Origin: an uncultured Bacilli bacterium
Lineage (GTDB): Bacteria > Bacillota_I > Bacilli_A > RFN20 > CAG-449
Direction: 5' to 3'
Assembly (NCBI GenBank): GCA_944332075.1
Contig: CALVJL010000001.1
Coordinates: 217,620 to 281,619, forward strand
Length of the DNA stretch: 64,000 nucleotides
Within the stretch, counting starts at the first letter, position 1; every line of letters begins with the position of its first letter. The notes below the pieces were generated by a model that worked only from the letters and a program-made list of their open reading frames with translations, was not told the origin of the DNA and searched no databases. Both the position numbers and the translations under genes were made by a program. Below, piece after piece: positions 58,459 through 64,000 of the stretch.

Positions 58459-59091
58459 TTGAGAAAAATAGATGATAAATTATCTGAATTCATATATTGT
58501 GAACGAAATGGGAAGCTTTTGAAGAAAACCAATAAAACAATTTTATTAGAAAGCGAAATTGTCTACCCATTTGTAAAGGCACCTAGTATAGATGATAATG
58601 AAATAACAAGTACCGAATTATATTGTATATTTCCATATCCAATGGGTGCTAAGCAACCTTATGATTTAAAGTATGTAAGAACTCATTATCCACATTTTTA
58701 TAATTTCCTTATGTCTAAAGAGGTTCAACATGCAATTAATACTTCATCATCATATAACCAAAGAATACAAAATGTTGGTGATAATTATGGAATATTTAGG
58801 GTGGGAGAGTATACATGGTCAGACTGGTTTTTGATAACAAGAGATAACACTAAATCATCATTTGCTGTTTGCGGAAAGCTTAAAACACCTTGGGGAGAAA
58901 TTAAACAGCCTATATTTGATGGGCATGTAAATTATGTGTCTCGTGATGAAAACGGAAATCCAATAACTAAAGCTAGGGCATATGATTTATTTAAAAAGTT
59001 TACAAGAGAAGGTGTTAAATTATACGTTAAATGCTCTTCTGATTCTCGCTCAATATCAGGAAGATTGTATAATGATATCGATTTAAGTTAA
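58459..59091 (+). pseudogene. Probable C-terminal fragment of a DNA methyltransferase / RM protein
   Basis: No SD, TTG start directly after hipT; YPFVK..IFPY and RVGEYTW..RDNTK..PWG patterns recall MTase target-recognition regions; no catalytic motifs. Confidence 0.35.
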
Positions 59092-59311
59092 AATTTTTAA
59101 AGACCATTTTAGTTTTTATAAAATAAGTATGCTTTATATATATTGAGTAAAAGTAATTTTTTAAAATAATAAGTATATTAATCGTGTCAATATAATAGTA
59201 ACCAATTTGGATGCAGAACATTTTACCACTTTTGGTGAAATCGTAAACATCCTTGATGGTTACTTTTTAATTAGGGTACATTATTTCCTATATAAAGGAG
59301 GATGAATAACA

Positions 59312-60537
59312 ATGGAAATATGTACTAACCTTATAGGTGAATTATCTTGCTTAAAAATGATGAATATTAAACCTAATTTTTCAGATTTATCTAGAAGATA
59401 TAAGATAGATCGACATACTATTGCTAAATATTATAGAGAAGGGGGAAAATTTACAAAAAAAAAGCGAAAAAATCAAAATTCTGTCTATGATAAATATTTA
59501 AATGAAATTATAGAAATATTATCTCAACCCGGAGTAAGTAAAGTTGCTGCTTACCAATATCTAGTTGGAAAATATCAAGACTTTCATAAAAACTATAATA
59601 CATTTAAATCTTTTACATTAAGAAAAAATATTACACCTACTAAAACTAAAGTTGAACCGCATGTTCGATACGAAACTAAACCAGGAGAACAATTACAAGT
59701 TGATTGGAAGAAAAGTGTGAAAATGACATCTAAAACAGGAGAAGTATTTGATTTTAATATCTTTACTGCCACTATGGGTTATTCTAGATTACATTTATTT
59801 TCTTATTCTAAAACTAAAACGACTGAAGATTTTATCCGGTGCACAATTGAAACATTTAGAAAGTTAGGTGGTCTTCCTAACCATATCTTAACTGATAACA
59901 TGTCCACAGTTGTTTCTATTACCAATGGGACTAAATTCAAAAATTATAAAATTAAACAATTTGAAAAAGATATTGGTTTAAAAATTAAATTATGCAAGAC
60001 TAAGTCACCTGAAACAAAAGGTAAAGATGAATCTTCTAATCGATTTATTTCTTGGTTATTGCCATATGATGGGAAATTTGCTGATGAATCGGAATTGATA
60101 TCAATTATTGATAAAATCAATCAACAAGTTAATAGACAATCTAATAGGACCACTAATATGCCTCCTATTACTCTTTCCCTAAAGAAAAAGAATATCTAAA
60201 ACCTCTTCCTAATAAACTTCTTCTTGAATCTTATATAGAAGGAGTTTTGACTCAAACTGTGCCATCAACACTGCTTGTTTCTTATAAAGGCTCTGGATAT
60301 TCTGTTCCACCGAAATTTATTAACAAAAGGGTCAAACTAATTCCTATTGATAATAAACTCTATATTTATTATAACGAGTTATTAGTTACTGTTCATTCTT
60401 TATCATCAAATATATTTAATTATAAAAACGAACATTATAAAGATGCTTTGAAAATTAGAATTTCTTCTAAAGGTGATGATTCAATTGAAGAAATGGCTTC
60501 TAACAATCTTAAAATGTTTGATTATATGAAAAAATAA
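59312..60537 (+). pseudogene. istA: IstA transposase, frameshifted near 60180
   Basis: RYETKPGEQLQVDW, LTDNMSTV, PETKGKDE; continuation KEKEYLKPLP...YSVPP lies in the -1 frame. Confidence 0.85.
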
Positions 60538-60545
60538 GGAGTATT

Positions 60546-61304
60546 ATGCAAAATAATTTTACTAAATTAATAAACAATCTTAATGAACTTTCTTTATTTA
60601 AGATTTCTAATAACATTGAAAATTACATTACTGCAATCAGCAATGGTAATATGTCTATTGTTGATGCACTTTATGAACTTACCAATCTTGAAATTGACTT
60701 AAAACATGAAAGAGCTATGAATGCTTGTGTTAAAGTTGCTAATTTCCCTTTTATTAAAACTTTTGATGATTTTGATTTTTCTTTTCAGCCTTCCATTAAC
60801 AAAGATCAAATTGTTAACTTTAAGTATTTATCTTTTATTGGAAATAAAGAAAACATCATCTTTATTGGCACTCCAGGAGTTGGCAAAACTCATCTGGCTA
60901 CGTCTATTGGAATCGAAGCTGCTAAACAAAGAACTTGTACTTATTTTATTTCTTGTAACGATCTAGTTCTTCAATTAAAGAGAGCTCGCATTGAAAATAG
61001 ATTAGAACAACGCATTAAATTCTTTTGTAAGTATAAATTATTAATTATTGATGAAGTTGGTTTTCTTCCGTTAGATGTCGAATCTAGTAATCTTTTCTTT
61101 CAATTGATTGCTAAAAGATATGAAATATCTTCTACTATTATTACTACTAACAAACCTTTATCTAAATGGGGTGAGATATTTGGCGATGCTGTTCTTGCTA
61201 ATGCCATCCTTGATAGATTACTTCATCACGCGAATGTTATTAATATTGTCGGTCGTTCTTATAGAACTAAAAACTTAATTTCAGAATTGGAGGATGATAA
61301 TTAA
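60546..61304 (+). CDS. istB: IstB ATPase
   Basis: GTPGVGKTHLA, LLIIDEVGF, RYE, ILDRLLHH. Confidence 0.95.
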   Translation: MQNNFTKLINNLNELSLFKISNNIENYITAISNGNMSIVDALYELTNLEIDLKHERAMNACVKVANFPFIKTFDDFDFSFQPSINKDQIVNFKYLSFIGNKENIIFIGTPGVGKTHLATSIGIEAAKQRTCTYFISCNDLVLQLKRARIENRLEQRIKFFCKYKLLIIDEVGFLPLDVESSNLFFQLIAKRYEISSTIITTNKPLSKWGEIFGDAVLANAILDRLLHHANVINIVGRSYRTKNLISELEDDN

Positions 61305-61368
61305 TTACTTAAATCAAAATTGGTTATTAAAGTTTCGCCCAAATTGGTTACTATTATATTGACACGAT

Positions 61369-61579
61369 TGCGTCCATATTTTAGAAATATTGGTCTCATA
61401 AAAGTCTATGATAGAGATAATAATACTTACTTAGTTGGTGAAATAGTTTTTGAAAGATTTAATGATCAGAATTATCAATACATCATTAAGCCATATTGGG
61501 ACTGTATTGATAGTCTACCTAAGGGATTATTTCAAGGAATTCCAGAGATTAACATGGACTAACGTAAAGAAGCCTATTA
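61369..61579 (+). repeat. 211-bp diverged copy of 55368-55578
   Basis: TGCGTCCATATTTTAGAAATATTGG...GAAGC(C/T)TATTA; about eight substitutions by manual comparison, one creating TAA. Confidence 0.92.
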
Positions 61580-62393
61580 GTATGTATTTAATATTTTCTA
61601 AACACTTCGCAGGATAATTATAGTTGATTTATAACCAATTAAGTTTTCTTTTTTATCAACAATAAATGCTGAATTGATTCCATTTGATGAAGTAGCACAT
61701 ATATTCATCTTTGAAGAAATCAGAAAAGTATTTACAGTTATTAATTTTACTACCAACATCAAAATCAATAATAATTGTATATGATTCTGTCTTACCTTTG
61801 AATGTAATGACTGTCCAGCTTTCTAGAGTATGCAAAACATCTTCTATAGTCTGAGGCTTTTTATCAGAAATCCAAGCTGAACTAGATATGAATAGTGCCT
61901 ATATTTATCGACGGACGACAATTCAAAACGATTTTTTCCATTATGTGTGTATTGCAATCCTACAGCAAATGTTGTACAGATATTTGCGATTAATCCTATT
62001 AACTTTTTGCATAAGGCAACAGCATTTTTATATTTTAATTCAACCTCCTTTTCATCATTAGGGAAAGTAAATGTAAATACTATTGTACTTTCATAAAATT
62101 CGACTTTTTTATCAGCACTATTAACATCTACAATCTTTGTAGTTACTCCTTCATGGTTTTGTCTAATTAAAGGTAAAACAAATTTTTCTAAAAAGTATTA
62201 TAAATCTTTCCAAAAGATTATCAGCAATATTCTTCTATAATGATTCTATTGGTAAGCAAATTATTTAATTTACTAATAAGTTAAAATAATGTTTTAATAA
62301 TAAATTTTTAGATAATCCATGATAAAAATTCAATAATAATTTATTGTAAATTTCGTTTGATATATGTTAATTATTTTTGAAAAAATGCTATTA

Positions 62394-63611
62394 CTACTTT
62401 ATAGATTTATGAAAAATATGAATTTCTTCATCTTTTAAAAATATACCAAGCAGCAAAAAATAAGAACATCCAGATATTCCACCAATATTAAATCCTAATC
62501 CCATTGCCAAAACATATAAAAATAAGGTATATGCAGCATATTGTTTATTTTTTTCACCTAGTTTATTTATGTATGCAAATATAATTAATAAAAAAATTAA
62601 AAATACCATCGTTCCAATAAACCCAAATTGTCCTATAATCATTGAATAATAAGTATCTGATAAATACATACCATCATCACCAGGCATCATTCCATAAATA
62701 TGATTAAATCCATATTCATAATATAGATACGAATAATCCTGTTTTGCAATAGTCGATCCATATGTAGCAAACCCACTTCCGAATGGAAAATATCGCAATG
62801 CAGTAATAATGCCATAATAAATCATTAAATATCTTACTGCACTAGTATTTGTAAGATAATTTGTTATTTCATCCATTGATAACATCACTATAACAATTCC
62901 AAATAATATTACATACCTAATCTTTGGTCTAAAATACTTGAGAAATAAAAAGAAATAAATAATTAGTAATAGCCCTAATTTTCCAATTCCAGAATCTATT
63001 GCAAAAATAATAATAGCTGCCATAATACCATATATAATATTTGTTTTACTTTTTGATGAACAAATTATTGTCAAACAAAGAATTATTGGATTTGCTATTG
63101 ATCCGGCATGTGTTGCTAAAAAGCCAAAAGCATTCTTATCAAATATTGAGTAAAATACAGCTTTACTAGTAGCAATAAAAATAAGAAAGCTAGCAAAAAC
63201 AATAACAATTGTGGCTTTAGATAAAACCCTAATCGATTTTAAAGTTAAATCTGATTTATCTTTTAAAAGCATTCCAAATAAGAAAAATATAAATGGTTTT
63301 ACAAACAAAAAAATATCAGTAATATTATTGATAACATTCATATTGGAAAAATTAACGACAGAACTTATCAATCCAATTACGCATATTATGGTGATTGTTA
63401 AAATAAATGGTAGCATTGATCGCTTAATGTTGTCATAAACAAATGCAAAAAGCAAATATAACAACATTAATATCGCTATTAGTTCATCCAAATAAGGAAT
63501 ATTAATAAATCTTATTAAATCCATTGATATGAAGACTAAGAATGCAAAAATAGAAATAAGTATATTAATGTTAAAAATGTTAAATTTCTTGTTAATCAAT
63601 GTAATATCCAT
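62394..63611 (-). CDS. wzy: Wzy-like polysaccharide polymerase
   Basis: About 11 TMs; RYLMIYYG..FPFGSGFATYGS, SDTYYSMIIGQFGFIG; next to a flippase-like gene. Confidence 0.7.
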   Translation of the reverse strand: MDITLINKKFNIFNINILISIFAFLVFISMDLIRFINIPYLDELIAILMLLYLLFAFVYDNIKRSMLPFILTITIICVIGLISSVVNFSNMNVINNITDIFLFVKPFIFFLFGMLLKDKSDLTLKSIRVLSKATIVIVFASFLIFIATSKAVFYSIFDKNAFGFLATHAGSIANPIILCLTIICSSKSKTNIIYGIMAAIIIFAIDSGIGKLGLLLIIYFFLFLKYFRPKIRYVILFGIVIVMLSMDEITNYLTNTSAVRYLMIYYGIITALRYFPFGSGFATYGSTIAKQDYSYLYYEYGFNHIYGMMPGDDGMYLSDTYYSMIIGQFGFIGTMVFLIFLLIIFAYINKLGEKNKQYAAYTLFLYVLAMGLGFNIGGISGCSYFLLLGIFLKDEEIHIFHKSIK

Positions 63612-63750
63612 AAAATATATTATCTTATAATGAATACAATAAAATCAACTATGTACATAATAATTTTTATCATTTAAATTTAGAAATTATAAAATTTTAT
63701 ATAGAACTATTCCATTTAGTAGATAATTTATTAATAGTCATTAAATCTTT

Positions 63751-64000
63751 TTATTTTTTCTTTATAATTCTTTTTAAAAAATTTTTAGTAATTTCATATA
63801 CAAATTTATCTCGAATTATTAATTCTAATACATAATATACAAAAGCACCAGAAAAAATTGATACAGACAATGTAATAAAATTATTTGCAATTTTTTCCAT
63901 AATATTTATAATTACCAAAGTAATAACTAGCATAACAGTTGAACTAATTAATGGCTTTATTATAGGTTTAAAAACAGTTTTTATCCCGATATATTTAATT
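63751..64000 (-). CDS. wzx: C-terminal part of a Wzx-like flippase (partial)
   Basis: Frame open to window end: IKPLISSTVMLVI...GAFVYYVLELIIRDKFV, typical of flippase C-termini. Confidence 0.55.
   Translation of the reverse strand, partial: IKYIGIKTVFKPIIKPLISSTVMLVITLVIINIMEKIANNFITLSVSIFSGAFVYYVLELIIRDKFVYEITKNFLKRIIKKK

Larger units (their letters stand above)
59185..61364 (+). mobile_element. IS21-family insertion sequence
   Basis: Perfect terminal IR TGTCAATATAATAGTAACCAATTTGG / CCAAATTGGTTACTATTATATTGACA enclosing istA-istB. Confidence 0.93.

Noticed and set aside
61580-62390. Broken minus-strand frames between the duplicate fragment and wzy
   Set aside because: Multiple stops and no recognisable family; cannot support a gene call.
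703-63438. Many short ORFs in the track on the strand opposite, or nested within, long genes (e.g. 703-987, 12001-12318, 15783-15998, 21499-21792, 53118-53555, 57420-57683)
   Set aside because: Shadow frames of well-supported genes, with no SD and no recognisable motifs.

Overview
A 64 kb window from a low-GC Bacilli-type bacterium using the standard genetic code (TGA ends intact genes). The many Ser-rich lipoproteins and reduced housekeeping operons suggest an uncultured gut lineage related to Erysipelotrichales/Mollicutes; this is inference. Contents: (1) two beta-glucoside loci, namely a membrane-anchored GH3 with a divergent AraC gene (1-4354) and an 8-gene GH3-GH5 surface locus (39045-49431), plus a separate GPH-family sugar transporter, all sharing a cre/LacI-type palindrome; (2) orphan surface proteins and lipoproteins; (3) a decayed arsenic islet in which a permease and arsC remnant are fused; (4) four tRNAs and rpmB; (5) a trimmed gmk-priA-rsmB-rlmN-prpC-prkC-rsgA-rpe-thiN operon with an apparently catalytically dead RsmB and a PrkC lacking TM/PASTA domains; (6) an AT-rich island (about 53.7-62.3 kb) beside a polysaccharide locus (wzy, wzx). 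The island holds two different HipA-family kinase modules (a CtkA-like kinase paired with a HipS-like/dead-resolvase protein, and a hipBST-type triad with three operator repeats), an IS21 element and several gene fragments. Best candidates for new biology: the kinase plus dead-resolvase module, and an unannotated 45-aa leader-like peptide inside the glucan locus. All family calls come from recognising motifs by eye; no searches were run.
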